From NCBI GenBank assembly GCA_040904565.1, contig JBBDTI010000030.1, positions 59,772-123,771 of the forward strand: a stretch of 64,000 bases of DNA, read 5' to 3'. The notes beneath the pieces are model-generated. The model was not told the origin of the DNA and searched no databases. It saw nothing but the letters and a program-made list of their open reading frames with translations. Positions 48,521 to 58,421 of this stretch are shown piece after piece (within the stretch, counting starts at the first letter, position 1; every line of letters starts with the position of its first letter). This DNA is from Rhodothermales bacterium (GTDB taxonomy: Bacteria > Bacteroidota > Rhodothermia > Rhodothermales > VXPQ01). The translations under genes were made by a program, and so were the position numbers.

Positions 48521-49654
48521 ATGGCCAATCCATTCGAATACGGGGGCGTCGTCGCCGAGTCCGGCTTCTGCAATCGAGGGCAGGAGATGGAGGATCTGCG
48601 CCGCGCTGCCGAGAACGGCGACCGGCTTTTGATCTACGCGGAGCGGCGCATGGGCAAGACGTCGCTCGTGCAGCGGGTGCTTCGAAAGCTGCCGCCCAGG
48701 CGATACCTGCCCGTGTACGTCGACGTCTGGCCGACGCATGACGCCGCCTCGCTCGCCGCCGGCATTGCTAAGGCGGTCACGTCCGCGGCGGAGACGAAAG
48801 CGGACCGGATCCTGACCACCGCGAAAGACGTCTTCCGCCATCTGGTACCCTCCCTCACCCTCGACGACGCCGACAATCCGTCCGTCCAGTTCGGCGCTCG
48901 CAGCGGGATCGCGCCGCAACCGCAGCTCGAGGACGCACTCGATGGCATCCAGCGCCTCGCTGAGACGCGCGATCAGCGGTTCGTCGTCGTCCTCGACGAA
49001 ATCCAGCGACTCGGCGAGTACGGCGAGGACCTGGCCGAGCGAGTGCTTCGCAGCCGCATCCAGATGCACCAGGGTATCGCCTACTTCTTTCTGGGAAGCC
49101 GGAAGCACCTGGTCGAACAGATGTTCACGGACACAACGCGCCCGCTCTTTCAATCCGCAGGACACTACCCCCTTGAGGCCATCGCGACGGATGACTGGTT
49201 GCCCTTCATTTCCGAGCGCTTCTTCCGCTCCCTGAAGCGCATCCCGGACGAGGTGGTTCGCGAGCTCTGCGCGCGAACCGGAGGCCATCCCTACTACACG
49301 CAGCATTTTGCCCACGTGCTTTGGGAGATTTCACCTCAGGATCAGGACGTCACCCCGGCCGATCTCGACCGCGCCGAATCCGTGCTCCTGGACCGGCTCG
49401 CCTACACGTATACGGTGCTATGGGAGATGCTCACGACGAACCAGCGGCTGCTGCTACAGGGCATGGCGGCCGAAGAAGACGACATCCAGCCGTTCTCATC
49501 GGCCTTCCTCAAGCGGATCGATATGGCCCAGTCGAGCGCACACACGGCCGCGCGGGCGATGCTCGAGCGGGACGTGCTGGACCGCACGCCCGACGGGTAC
49601 GTGATCAGCGACCGTTTCTTCCGGCTGTGGATTTGGAAGACGACGCGTCGCTAG
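48521..49654 (+). CDS. AAA/archaeal-ATPase-like (STAND-type) protein with probable C-terminal winged helix
   Basis: NPFEYG, FCNR..E, Walker A ERRMGKTS, Walker B VVVLDEIQ, TGGHPYY, ISDRFFRLW. Confidence 0.88.
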   Translation: MANPFEYGGVVAESGFCNRGQEMEDLRRAAENGDRLLIYAERRMGKTSLVQRVLRKLPPRRYLPVYVDVWPTHDAASLAAGIAKAVTSAAETKADRILTTAKDVFRHLVPSLTLDDADNPSVQFGARSGIAPQPQLEDALDGIQRLAETRDQRFVVVLDEIQRLGEYGEDLAERVLRSRIQMHQGIAYFFLGSRKHLVEQMFTDTTRPLFQSAGHYPLEAIATDDWLPFISERFFRSLKRIPDEVVRELCARTGGHPYYTQHFAHVLWEISPQDQDVTPADLDRAESVLLDRLAYTYTVLWEMLTTNQRLLLQGMAAEEDDIQPFSSAFLKRIDMAQSSAHTAARAMLERDVLDRTPDGYVISDRFFRLWIWKTTRR

Positions 49655-49667
49655 ACGCGCTTCTTCG

Positions 49668-50801
49668 TTAGGCGAGTCCCGACGGGATCGCGACCGGGGC
49701 GTCCTCATGGGTCAGTTCGCTTTCCTCAGGGTCGGGTTTGTTACGCCACCAGTTCGCCAGTGCCGAGCCCGAGATGTTCATCCAGGGGCCGAAGATCGCC
49801 GGCGCCAGCCCTACGGTCGAGGCCATTCCCATGTTGGCGGCAATACCCGTGGCCAGGCCTCCGTTCTGCATCCCGACCTCCAGCGCGATCGTCCGGCAGG
49901 ACTGCTCGTCCATTCCGACCGCACGTCCACCCCAGTAGCCCAGCAGGTAGCCGATGGCATTGTGCAGGATCGCGGCCACGAAAAGCAGCGGGCCGATTAT
50001 GAGGAGGTTGTCCCTTCCGGCTGCAACGATGATGGTCAGCACGATGGCGATGGCCGCCATCGAGAGCAAGGGCATCGCCTCGCTCAGCCACCGCGCCCGA
50101 CCGTCCAGGAGCCTGTTGACGATCAAACCGAGCACGATAGGAAGCAGGACGATCTGAGCGACGCTGAGCATCATCGCGACGAAATCGACCGGGACGAACT
50201 GACCGGCAAGGACCTGCATCAGTAGCGGCGTCATAAGCGGAGCCGCCAGGGTCGATACGGCCGTCATCGTGATGGAGAGCGCGAGGTTGGCACGCGCGAT
50301 GTAGGCCATCACGTTCGAGGCCACGCCGCCGGAGACCGAGCCGACCAGCACGATGCCTGCCGCCACCTCATCCGGAAAGCCGAACGTCCACGCGATCGTA
50401 AGACCGACCAGCGGCATGATGGTGAACTGACAGACGAGCCCGACCAGCACGGCCCTGGGCATCTTTGCCACGGCGCCGAAATCCCGCAAGCTCATCGACG
50501 TGCCCATCCCGAACATGATGATCATGATGAGCGGTACGATGAGGCGTGTCAGCTCGAAGTCGCCCGCCGTGAGGAAATACTGTGGGTAATACATCGCCAC
50601 CGCGACGGAGACGAAGATCCAGATGGTGAAAGTCAGCTGGCTCAGCAGCGGAATCGCTCGAGAGCCAAGAGCGAGCGTCACCAGGCCTCCCACGACGAAC
50701 GGACCGGTAGAGGCGATTCCATGCCCGAGGATGAGCGCGCCGGCCGCACCGAGGGCACAGGCGGCGGAGAGGGCCAGGAGAGTTCGATAAGCGGCTTGCA
50801 C
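49668..50801 (-). CDS. Bile acid:sodium symporter (BASS) family transporter
   Basis: IMFGMG, GGVASNVMAY, ALEVGMQNGGLA. Confidence 0.93.
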   Translation of the reverse strand: MQAAYRTLLALSAACALGAAGALILGHGIASTGPFVVGGLVTLALGSRAIPLLSQLTFTIWIFVSVAVAMYYPQYFLTAGDFELTRLIVPLIMIIMFGMGTSMSLRDFGAVAKMPRAVLVGLVCQFTIMPLVGLTIAWTFGFPDEVAAGIVLVGSVSGGVASNVMAYIARANLALSITMTAVSTLAAPLMTPLLMQVLAGQFVPVDFVAMMLSVAQIVLLPIVLGLIVNRLLDGRARWLSEAMPLLSMAAIAIVLTIIVAAGRDNLLIIGPLLFVAAILHNAIGYLLGYWGGRAVGMDEQSCRTIALEVGMQNGGLATGIAANMGMASTVGLAPAIFGPWMNISGSALANWWRNKPDPEESELTHEDAPVAIPSGLA

Positions 50802-50854
50802 GGGGTCTCAGCTGAACAGGTCAATGGGTAATGTCGAGACCGCGGCCCGATGCA

Positions 50855-52138
50855 CTACTCGAAAAACGGGACACCTTCCGTCGCGTACGGACGCATCCCA
50901 TCCTCGTTGATTTCGACGCCGATGCCCGGCTTCTCCGACAGCGTGATGAAGCCGTCCTCGACCTTCGGCCCATCGTACGAGACGATCTCGTCGAACATCG
51001 GATTGGAGTGAAAATAGGTCTGCCATTCCAGGATCATGAAATTGGGGACCGACGCGCATACGTGGCAGGCGGCCATCGCTCCGAGATACGAGGCGACCAT
51101 GTGCGGGGCGAACGGAATGTAGTACAGATTGGCGAGGTTCGCGATGCGCTGGCCTTCGCCCAGCCCGCCGGCTTTCTGCAGATCCGGCATGATGATGTCA
51201 ACGGCCCCGATTTCGAGCAGGCGCCGGAAGCCGTGGGCGAGGTACAGGTTCTCGCCGGCGCAGATGGGCGTGCTCGTCGATTCCGTGATGTGCTTGTACG
51301 CTTCCACGTTCTCGGCCGGAATCGGCTCTTCCAGCCACATCAGATCGAGGGGCTCCATGAGCTTTGCCACCTTGTGCGCCGTTGGCGCATCGTACCGGCC
51401 GTGCATGTCCGCGCAGATGTCGACGTTTGGGCCGATCGCCTCACGGGCAGCCGAAATCTGATCGACCATGCGCTGGAGTTCGGCGGGGCTCGCCGTCCAG
51501 TTATAGCGATCGTATTTATTGGGATCGTTGGCCTGGTCGAGATCGAACTTGATCGCGGTGAACCCCATCTCCACGGCCTCCGACGCACTGGCCGCGAACT
51601 GCTCGGGGGTGGGAAGGCGAAACTGATACAGGGCGGTGTCCATGTACACGCGAATCCGGTCGCGGAATTTGCCGCCGAGCAGCTGGTAAACCGGAACGCC
51701 GAGGGCCTTGCCGGCAAGGTCCCACAACGCCGTTTCGACGGCGGAAAGCACGGCGACGAACATGCCGGACTGTGCGCCCTCGAAGAATCCGGATCGGCGG
51801 ATGTGTTCGAAGAGCTGATGGACGTTGAGCGGGTTCTGTCCCTTGATCCGCTCGCCGAACATCTTGACCAGGTGGTAGGTGCCCGGCGTCGCATCGACGC
51901 CTTCCCCGCAGCCCCAGATGTCCTGATTCGTGTAGACCTTAACGAAAAGGCTGTGGCCGTTGCGTATGTACCCGCACTTGATGTCGGTGATTTCCAGGTC
52001 GGCCGGCCGAGACGCCAGGTCGGCACGCTCGACGGCCGACTCCAGACTCCGCCCGAACGCGGACAGAGGTGCGGCCGCGAGAACACCGGCAGCGGCGCTT
52101 TTTGCAAGGAATGAACGCCTCGTGTGAGTTCGTGCCAT
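50855..52138 (-). CDS. Mandelate racemase-subgroup (sugar-acid dehydratase-like) enzyme with a Tat signal
   Basis: TRRSFL, ETALWDLAGKALGVPVYQLLGG, KFD, ADMH, WLEEP, AGEN, PGIGVE. Confidence 0.9.
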   Translation of the reverse strand: MARTHTRRSFLAKSAAAGVLAAAPLSAFGRSLESAVERADLASRPADLEITDIKCGYIRNGHSLFVKVYTNQDIWGCGEGVDATPGTYHLVKMFGERIKGQNPLNVHQLFEHIRRSGFFEGAQSGMFVAVLSAVETALWDLAGKALGVPVYQLLGGKFRDRIRVYMDTALYQFRLPTPEQFAASASEAVEMGFTAIKFDLDQANDPNKYDRYNWTASPAELQRMVDQISAAREAIGPNVDICADMHGRYDAPTAHKVAKLMEPLDLMWLEEPIPAENVEAYKHITESTSTPICAGENLYLAHGFRRLLEIGAVDIIMPDLQKAGGLGEGQRIANLANLYYIPFAPHMVASYLGAMAACHVCASVPNFMILEWQTYFHSNPMFDEIVSYDGPKVEDGFITLSEKPGIGVEINEDGMRPYATEGVPFFE

Positions 52139-52143
52139 CGAGC

Positions 52144-53103
52144 CTACCAGGTTCTGGTTTCGAGGTATTCCTGAACTTGCTCTTTCGGAACGGGCAGCTC
52201 GTCGACGTGGTCGTTCAGCCACTGCGAGAAATCCCGCTCGATTTCGTCCGACCACCGCGAATCGATCTGTCCCGACGTGTACACGCCTTCCCGCAACCGC
52301 TGGTGTCCGAACATATCTCGGAGCCTGACGATCTCCGAGGTCTTGACCACGCGCTCGACGAGGTGAGGCGGGATGAAGATGACGCCGCCGTCTCTCCCCA
52401 GCACGACGTCCCCCGGCATGACGGTGGCCTTTCCGATTCGCGTAGGCTGGTTGATCCCGATCAGCGTGGTGTTGAGTGCACCGGCGGGATTGTTCAGATG
52501 ATGCGACGGATGGTAGCTCCGAACGAACGACGTGAAGTCGCCGAGCTCCTTCAGGCCGCTGATGTCTCGGATGGCCCCGTTGTAGACGATTCCGTTGCCG
52601 GATTTCGCATAGATGGCATTGCCGAGATTATCGCCGATTGTCGGACCGTCCTCGTGCGCGCCGAACTGATCGACGACGTACACGTCGCCATCCACCAGCA
52701 GGTCGACCGGCCATGAGTTCTGAGACTTGATTCGCCCGTCCTCTTCGTGACCTCTTCTGTCGATCACCCGGTGGATGTCGGGTCGGCCGGGTATAAAGGT
52801 GGCCGTCACGGCGCGGCCGACGAGCACGCTGTCCGGATTAATTTGCAGCCAGCCGTCGTCGTACTGGTGGTTGAAGTTGTCGCCTCTCAAGACGGCCCAC
52901 GCCTCTTCGAGCGTCACGAGCTTCATGCGCTCGAGAACGTAGTCCGGCACGCGAGGTCGACCGTCCGGGAAGCGGTCGCCGGACCATTCGGGGGTCAGGA
53001 ATACGAGCTCGTCTCTGGAGATTTGTTGTCCGGCGGCGGGCTCCGCTAGGAGGAGCCATGCGACAGCTGCCGTGAGGGCCAAAGTGAGGAATCGCGTCAT
53101 CAT
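52144..53103 (-). CDS. RraA-like / HMG-aldolase family protein with a Sec signal peptide
   Basis: MMTRFLTLAL..AAG|QQ; GRAVTA, IGDNL, GAIRD, PGDVVLGRDGGVIFIP. Confidence 0.85.
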   Translation of the reverse strand: MMTRFLTLALTAAVAWLLLAEPAAGQQISRDELVFLTPEWSGDRFPDGRPRVPDYVLERMKLVTLEEAWAVLRGDNFNHQYDDGWLQINPDSVLVGRAVTATFIPGRPDIHRVIDRRGHEEDGRIKSQNSWPVDLLVDGDVYVVDQFGAHEDGPTIGDNLGNAIYAKSGNGIVYNGAIRDISGLKELGDFTSFVRSYHPSHHLNNPAGALNTTLIGINQPTRIGKATVMPGDVVLGRDGGVIFIPPHLVERVVKTSEIVRLRDMFGHQRLREGVYTSGQIDSRWSDEIERDFSQWLNDHVDELPVPKEQVQEYLETRTW

Positions 53104-53466
53104 GCGATGGTTATCATGCGATCGTTGTTGCGTCGGGAGAACGATTGATGCGATCGGCGGCATGCAATATATATGAATTTTTGAGCCCGTGCGCATGAAC
53201 CGTAAGAGGCGGACCGTCATGCTCGGTAGCTCCGGACGGCCGGGGAGGTAGGACGGCTGGGGAGGTAGTCATACAAACTCGGCTCGAAGCCGTAGCGTCA
53301 GATGCCCGGCGGCCGAACTTTCGACATCGAAGCGACGACGCAAACAGGAAGCCGCTCCCGACCCGACTACTCACATTCAGCAGCAACATGCCGATTCGTT
53401 CGCGTCGATCGCCGACCGAGATGAGGGCATGATATAGTCCGAATGTCCCGCGCCATTGAAAACGAC

Positions 53467-53766
53467 CTCGTGGTCGCCGGCCTCTCGCGCCTCGCACTCG
53501 GATTTCTGTGGTACGGCCCCCTCTTCGGTCAAGTCCGGATGCGCTACATCGGGAAGACGGAGGAGGAGCTGAAGGCCGATTACTCGCCCATCGTCCACCT
53601 CTGGTCGCTGCTGTTGGCCCTCGTCATGGCGTTCATCCTCGCCGTCTTCATGAGCTGGGTCGGCATTGATGATCTCCTTCCCGGCCTTCCGGTGGGGCTG
53701 CTGGCCGGCATCGGGTTCACCTTCGTTCCGATTGCCGTTAACAACCTCTATGAGCGGAAGCCGTTC
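53467..53766 (+). pseudogene. DUF1761-like membrane protein fragment
   Basis: LGFLWYGPLFG..KTEEE..NNLYERKPF, then an abrupt junction. Confidence 0.7.
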
Positions 53767-54140
53767 GGCCGAATTGTGGCCCATAGCTGCGAGATCGAAC
53801 CCCTCGAGAATAGTGAGCATTTGCAGCGCGGCTATTCCCTGTCCGTTCGGCGGCAGCTCATACACGTCGTAGCCGCGGTAATTAACCGAGATCGGATCGC
53901 CCCATGTGCTCGTGTGCGCTTGCAGATCCTCCTTTCGCAGGTAACCCCCGATGAGGCGCATGTAGGCTTCCAAGACGTCGGCAATCTCCCCTTCATAGAA
54001 CGCATCGCACCCACCGCGGGCGATCAGCTCGTAGGTCTTCGCGAGGTCGGGATTCCTGAAGATATCGCCTTCGACATGCGCGCGTCCGTCGAGGAGATAC
54101 GTCTCCCTGAAGTTGTCGATTTCCTCGATCATCTCCAAGT
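53767..54140 (-). pseudogene. ggt: Gamma-glutamyltransferase internal fragment
   Basis: FRNPDLAKTYELIA..AFYEGEIA..YRGYDVYELPPNGQGIAALQML; both ends missing. Confidence 0.85.
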
Positions 54141-54265
54141 GACCTAGAATGGCGCCGATCTCGTCCTCCCAATCGAGCGCGATAGATTTGGTGACGCTGA
54201 GCGCGCCGAGAAGAAGAAACGAGCGCATGATGTCATTTCAACGACTGAACAAAAGCGAGTGCGGA

Positions 54266-56491
54266 TCAAAGCAGCACTTCATCGAAGGCAATTTCTTCGG
54301 CAGCCAGCACGAATACGGTCGTCGGCAGGCCCTCGGTCCGCTTCCTGAGTTGTTCATAATACGAAACGTAATCGTCGTTGGGCTCGGCCATTCCCATGAA
54401 CACCAGGTCGGCATTATGGGACGACTCGTACAAAATGTCGACGAACGGGCGGCCATGGGCAGCGATGACGTCCAGCTCCGCGCCTGTGCGTGTCTCCGCC
54501 AGGAGGGCAGTGACATTCGCGCGCGCATCTTCTGCCGCCGATTCGTTCGCCACCACCATTTTCAACCTTACGACGGCGCCGCGCCACGACAGGTCGGTCC
54601 GGATCAGGTAGGCCAGCAGCATCATGAGGCCGCCGTTGCCTTTGAGCCCGCCCCACCACACGTCGATGCGCTCTCGACGGCCGAACCCCTGAACCCGATC
54701 GTCGCGCACGATCATCACGTTGCGATTGGCGTCGTAGAAGTGGGAAATCATCTCACAGTAGCGGCCGCGGCTCGCGGCGTCGCCGCTATCCCCGAGAAGG
54801 ATCGTATTCGGTGCCAATCCACCCAGCCCGTAGGCGTCGACGAGGCGCTCCGCCCCTTCAAAAGGATCGGGGGCTGTTATCACGCGGACGAGCGCCTGTA
54901 CTCCGCGATCTTCAAGATACTCGGTGATGCGATTCTCCATCGCATCTTGCCGCCCTCTTGTCACGGAATCCGTCGCAAGCACCGTCGAGACGGTAATTAG
55001 CCCGCGACTGTGACTGAGTGCCGACGCCAGGTCAACGAGGTGCCAGCGGCGCGCGGGAGCGCCCGATAGCACGAGCAAGTGCGGCCGCCAGTTCTTCGGT
55101 TCCGATTTACCGCGAAGGCGGAGCAAGCCGGCGCGTGTCAACGCCATCCACACGCCACGCCAGACGTCGCCCCATGCCGACCGCATCTCCCGTCGCTTCA
55201 ACCAGACGAAGATGCCCGTTACGAATGCCGCGGCGATGAGGGTGGCCGGCGCATTGATCAGAAACATCACCGAGATGCACCCGAGTGCGCCGAGCAGCGA
55301 GAATGCCCAGTGCACTTTTAACGACGGCCGGAACGAAGGGCTTTGGAGCAATCTCTCGACGCCGGCGGCGATGTTCAGCACGCCATAGGTCGTGAGGAAG
55401 AACATCGTGAGAATGGGTGCGATGATGTTCAGATTCCCGAGATAGACGGCCGCCAACGCGAGACCGAGCGTCACCACCGTACCGGCGCGCGGAGCGTCGT
55501 CGTCGCCGCTTCCTTTACCCAGCCATTGGAGCCTTCGCGGAAGGACGCCGTCGCGCGCCAGCGCCTGCAGTACACGCGGTGCCCCCAGAATGCTGCCTAC
55601 GGCGCTCGAGAGCGTGGCGCCCCATACTCCGATGAGGATCGCATCTCCCCAGAATGCCATCCGCCGCATTATGAGCGGATCCTCGATGAGGGTCAACGCA
55701 TCCGCCCGGTTGGCGATGAGAACCGGCAGACCCATGTAGATGACGTAGCCGACGCCGATCGCCCAGAACGTGCCTCGGGGGATCGATTTGGCCGGGTCCT
55801 TGAGGTCACCCGACATGTTGACGCCCGCCATGATGCCGGTGACGGCCGGAAAGAAGACCGCAAATACGACCCAGAACGGCTCGGAGTGCCTGCCCGCCGC
55901 GCCCCACATCTCGATGTGCGTTTCTTCGATGGGTTGGCCGAAGGCCAGCGACACCAGCGACAGCGCGATACCGGCCATGATGAAGAACTGGGCGCGGATG
56001 GCCATCTTAGCGGAAGTCAGTGCCAGTGCGGCAATGAGCACGGTCGTGATGATGCCGACGAGTTTCATATCCAGCGCGGGAAATACGCTCACGACGCTTT
56101 CGGCAAAACCGACCGTGTAGAGCGCCACCGACAGACCCTGCGCAAGATACAGCGGGATCCCGATCGCCCCGCCCGACTCGATGCCCAGCGATCGGCTGAT
56201 CATGTAGTAGGCACCCCCGATCCGAACACGCTGGTCGGTGGCGATGGCCGCGATGGACAGCGCCGTGAGAAACGTGATCGACGTCGAAAGCGTGACGATC
56301 AATAGCGTCCCGATCAACCCTACGTTTCCGACTACCCAGCCGAAACGCAAGTACATGATGACGCCCAGGATCGTCAAGATCGAAGGCGTAAACACCCCGC
56401 CAAACGTCGACAATCCGTCCTGCTTCCCCGAACTAACCTCACTCGGAGGCGGCGCCGAGCGTTTGAACAACTTCCAGATAGGATTCTCCAT
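54266..56491 (-). CDS. Cation-chloride cotransporter (SLC12-like) with C-terminal regulatory domain
   Basis: GVIMYLRFGW, GGAYYMISRSLG, FFPAVTGIMAG, KNWRP, IDVWW. Confidence 0.93.
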   Translation of the reverse strand: MENPIWKLFKRSAPPPSEVSSGKQDGLSTFGGVFTPSILTILGVIMYLRFGWVVGNVGLIGTLLIVTLSTSITFLTALSIAAIATDQRVRIGGAYYMISRSLGIESGGAIGIPLYLAQGLSVALYTVGFAESVVSVFPALDMKLVGIITTVLIAALALTSAKMAIRAQFFIMAGIALSLVSLAFGQPIEETHIEMWGAAGRHSEPFWVVFAVFFPAVTGIMAGVNMSGDLKDPAKSIPRGTFWAIGVGYVIYMGLPVLIANRADALTLIEDPLIMRRMAFWGDAILIGVWGATLSSAVGSILGAPRVLQALARDGVLPRRLQWLGKGSGDDDAPRAGTVVTLGLALAAVYLGNLNIIAPILTMFFLTTYGVLNIAAGVERLLQSPSFRPSLKVHWAFSLLGALGCISVMFLINAPATLIAAAFVTGIFVWLKRREMRSAWGDVWRGVWMALTRAGLLRLRGKSEPKNWRPHLLVLSGAPARRWHLVDLASALSHSRGLITVSTVLATDSVTRGRQDAMENRITEYLEDRGVQALVRVITAPDPFEGAERLVDAYGLGGLAPNTILLGDSGDAASRGRYCEMISHFYDANRNVMIVRDDRVQGFGRRERIDVWWGGLKGNGGLMMLLAYLIRTDLSWRGAVVRLKMVVANESAAEDARANVTALLAETRTGAELDVIAAHGRPFVDILYESSHNADLVFMGMAEPNDDYVSYYEQLRKRTEGLPTTVFVLAAEEIAFDEVLL

Positions 56492-56503
56492 GTGATCCAG
56501 CCA

Positions 56504-57156
56504 CTACTTCCTATGGTTTTCCACGCCGGAATTCGGCGACCATGCCGACTCAGGCTCGAACTCATTCCACAGTAGGCGCGAAACGCGGCGAATCAACACT
56601 TCACCCTCGTTGTCGTGCGCCCACCGCTCATCCGCCTGATTATTCGTGATAACAGTGAAGACGTAATCCCCGTGCGGCGCGTGGACGAGAGCTACCTCCG
56701 ACCGCCACCGGTCGACGGGCCCCTGTTTCGAAGCAACCGAAACGGACGGTGGAATTTGAAAATGCGCTCCCTCATCCTAGTAAGATTTGGAAAGCAAACG
56801 ATACATCTCTTCGTCGACCTCGGGGTTCACGGCCTCGCCGTTCCGAATCAGCACCAGGAGTTCCGCCATCTCGCGAGGACTGGTCTACCCCCATCCGTAA
56901 ACCTCCCAGAATTTACGGCGTCCCTCCGTTCGCGAGTTCATTCGCGTAGCCTGGAAGCCGTGGTCCGATAGCCAGCGATTGATCGCCTCGCCGCCGCCGC
57001 AGAGGTGTTGCAGCCAGAGGCTCGCTGTGTTGTCGCTCAGCGCGGTCATCAGAAATGCTGCTTTGCGCAGCTGAATCTTTTCTCCATCCTTAAACGAGCC
57101 CAGTAGATCCATGCCGGGATAGTACAGTGAGTCGCGATACACCAACTCTTGGGTTG
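56504..57156 (-). pseudogene. Serine hydrolase (class A beta-lactamase-like), 5'-truncated, two internal TAG
   Basis: SDNTA, GWG*TSPREM, SKQG; stops at 56885 and 56778; truncated at the ISCR origin. Confidence 0.85.
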
Positions 57157-57194
57157 GCGGATAGGAAGAATAAACGCGGATAGGAAGAATAAAC
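57157..57194 (-). repeat. Tandem duplication of a 19-bp ISCR/IS91 oriIS-like motif
   Basis: GCGGATAGGAAGAATAAAC twice (minus strand GTTTATTCTTCCTATCCGC); third copy at 62946-62964. Confidence 0.85.
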
Positions 57195-57222
57195 GGACGC
57201 GCGCCCGAGAATTTGTACCAGT

Positions 57223-58128
57223 TTAATCGCTAAGTGCAGCTAAGACAGGTTCGATATCTTCGCCCCGGGTTCGCAGGTAGTTAATCGGCGATTGGTACTC
57301 GATCAATGAGTGCCGTCGCCGGGTGTTGTACTTGGTAAATCGTTCTTTGAGTATCTGCCGGAGTTCGCCGAGCGTTTCGGCCTGGTTGATTCGGGATCCG
57401 ATCTCGTCCTTCATTCGGCTCCAGAGCGACTCGATCCACGGATTATCCTTACAGCCGCGCTCGGAGTACGACGCCCGGGCGCCGTCGCGGACGAGAAGCC
57501 GGTCAAGCCAATCGTAGCTGGTGTAGACGGCGTCCTGGTCGCTGTGGACCATGAGCCCGGCCGCAGAGCGTCCCAGGAGGCTTAGCGTCTCCTTGGCCTG
57601 CTTCCAGGCCCTGAGGGCGAGCTGCCGGTCTGCACGGCGTGAGAGGGTCCATCCGGGCACGAGCTTGCCGGCCACGTCGACGAACGCCATCAGGTAGGCT
57701 TTTCGAGATCCGTCGGCATACTTCAGTTCGGTGAAGTCCGTCGATAGAACCTCCAGCGGCCCGGGCGCCTCGCTGTCGGTGACGAGGTCAAGATGCCCGC
57801 GCGCCTGCTTCAGGATCTTCCGGACCGGACTCGGCTTGTGCTTCGGCACCGAGCGCTTCAGGGCCAGCTCGTGTTCCTTCAGCACGCGGCGGAGCCGCTT
57901 GTGATTGACGGTGTCCTCCATGCGCTCGTTCACCTCTGGCAAGAGCCGCCGGTAACCATATTCGGGATACTCTTCGATGACCTCGAGGAGCACCTCGAGC
58001 AGCGCGCGATCCTTCGCGCCCGGATCGGGCCTGCGAAGGCGGTCGTACCACGTGCTCTTGGCCAGACCGATCGCCTCGAGGCACCGGTTGAGGCCGTGGC
58101 GGTCTCGATGTCCTTTGACCAGTTTCAC
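57223..58128 (-). CDS. IS3 OrfB, DDE integrase core
   Basis: YGYRR, NHKRLRR, TDFTEL, HSDQ, DNPWIES, YNTRRRHS. Confidence 0.93.
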   Translation of the reverse strand: MKLVKGHRDRHGLNRCLEAIGLAKSTWYDRLRRPDPGAKDRALLEVLLEVIEEYPEYGYRRLLPEVNERMEDTVNHKRLRRVLKEHELALKRSVPKHKPSPVRKILKQARGHLDLVTDSEAPGPLEVLSTDFTELKYADGSRKAYLMAFVDVAGKLVPGWTLSRRADRQLALRAWKQAKETLSLLGRSAAGLMVHSDQDAVYTSYDWLDRLLVRDGARASYSERGCKDNPWIESLWSRMKDEIGSRINQAETLGELRQILKERFTKYNTRRRHSLIEYQSPINYLRTRGEDIEPVLAALSD

Positions 58129-58142
58129 CTTCTCGCCTATCG

Positions 58143-58421
58143 TCAGTCCTCGGGAAAAAAATTCTTCAAAAGGGCCAGCTCGACCTCTTTCTTACCGAGC
58201 ATCTGCTCGAGCTTAGCGATCTTATCGTCTTTCTCCTTCACGACATCGTCGCCGCCGAAGACCTTCGCGCCTTCCTCCTGAAACGTCTTCTTCCACTTCG
58301 AGAGCGTGACCGGATGGACGTCGTAGGCCCGCGCCATCTCCGCGTTCGTCCTCTCGCCCTGCAGGGCTTCGAGGACGACCTTGAACTTGAATGATGCGCT
58401 GTACTTTCGTCTCTTCCCCAT
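58143..58421 (-). CDS. IS3 OrfA, HTH
   Basis: RRKYSASFKFKVVLEAL..VHPVTLSKWKK; T7 run at 58155-58161 with orfB in the -1 frame. Confidence 0.93.
   Translation of the reverse strand: MGKRRKYSASFKFKVVLEALQGERTNAEMARAYDVHPVTLSKWKKTFQEEGAKVFGGDDVVKEKDDKIAKLEQMLGKKEVELALLKNFFPED

Noticed and set aside
49636-49666. Hairpin between the convergent ATPase and BASS genes as a terminator
   Set aside because: The stem is imperfect and has no clear U-tract; too weak to call
54266-56491. Eukaryote-like SLC12 transporter as a novelty
   Set aside because: Prokaryotic cation-chloride cotransporter homologs are already known; nothing unusual was seen in this copy
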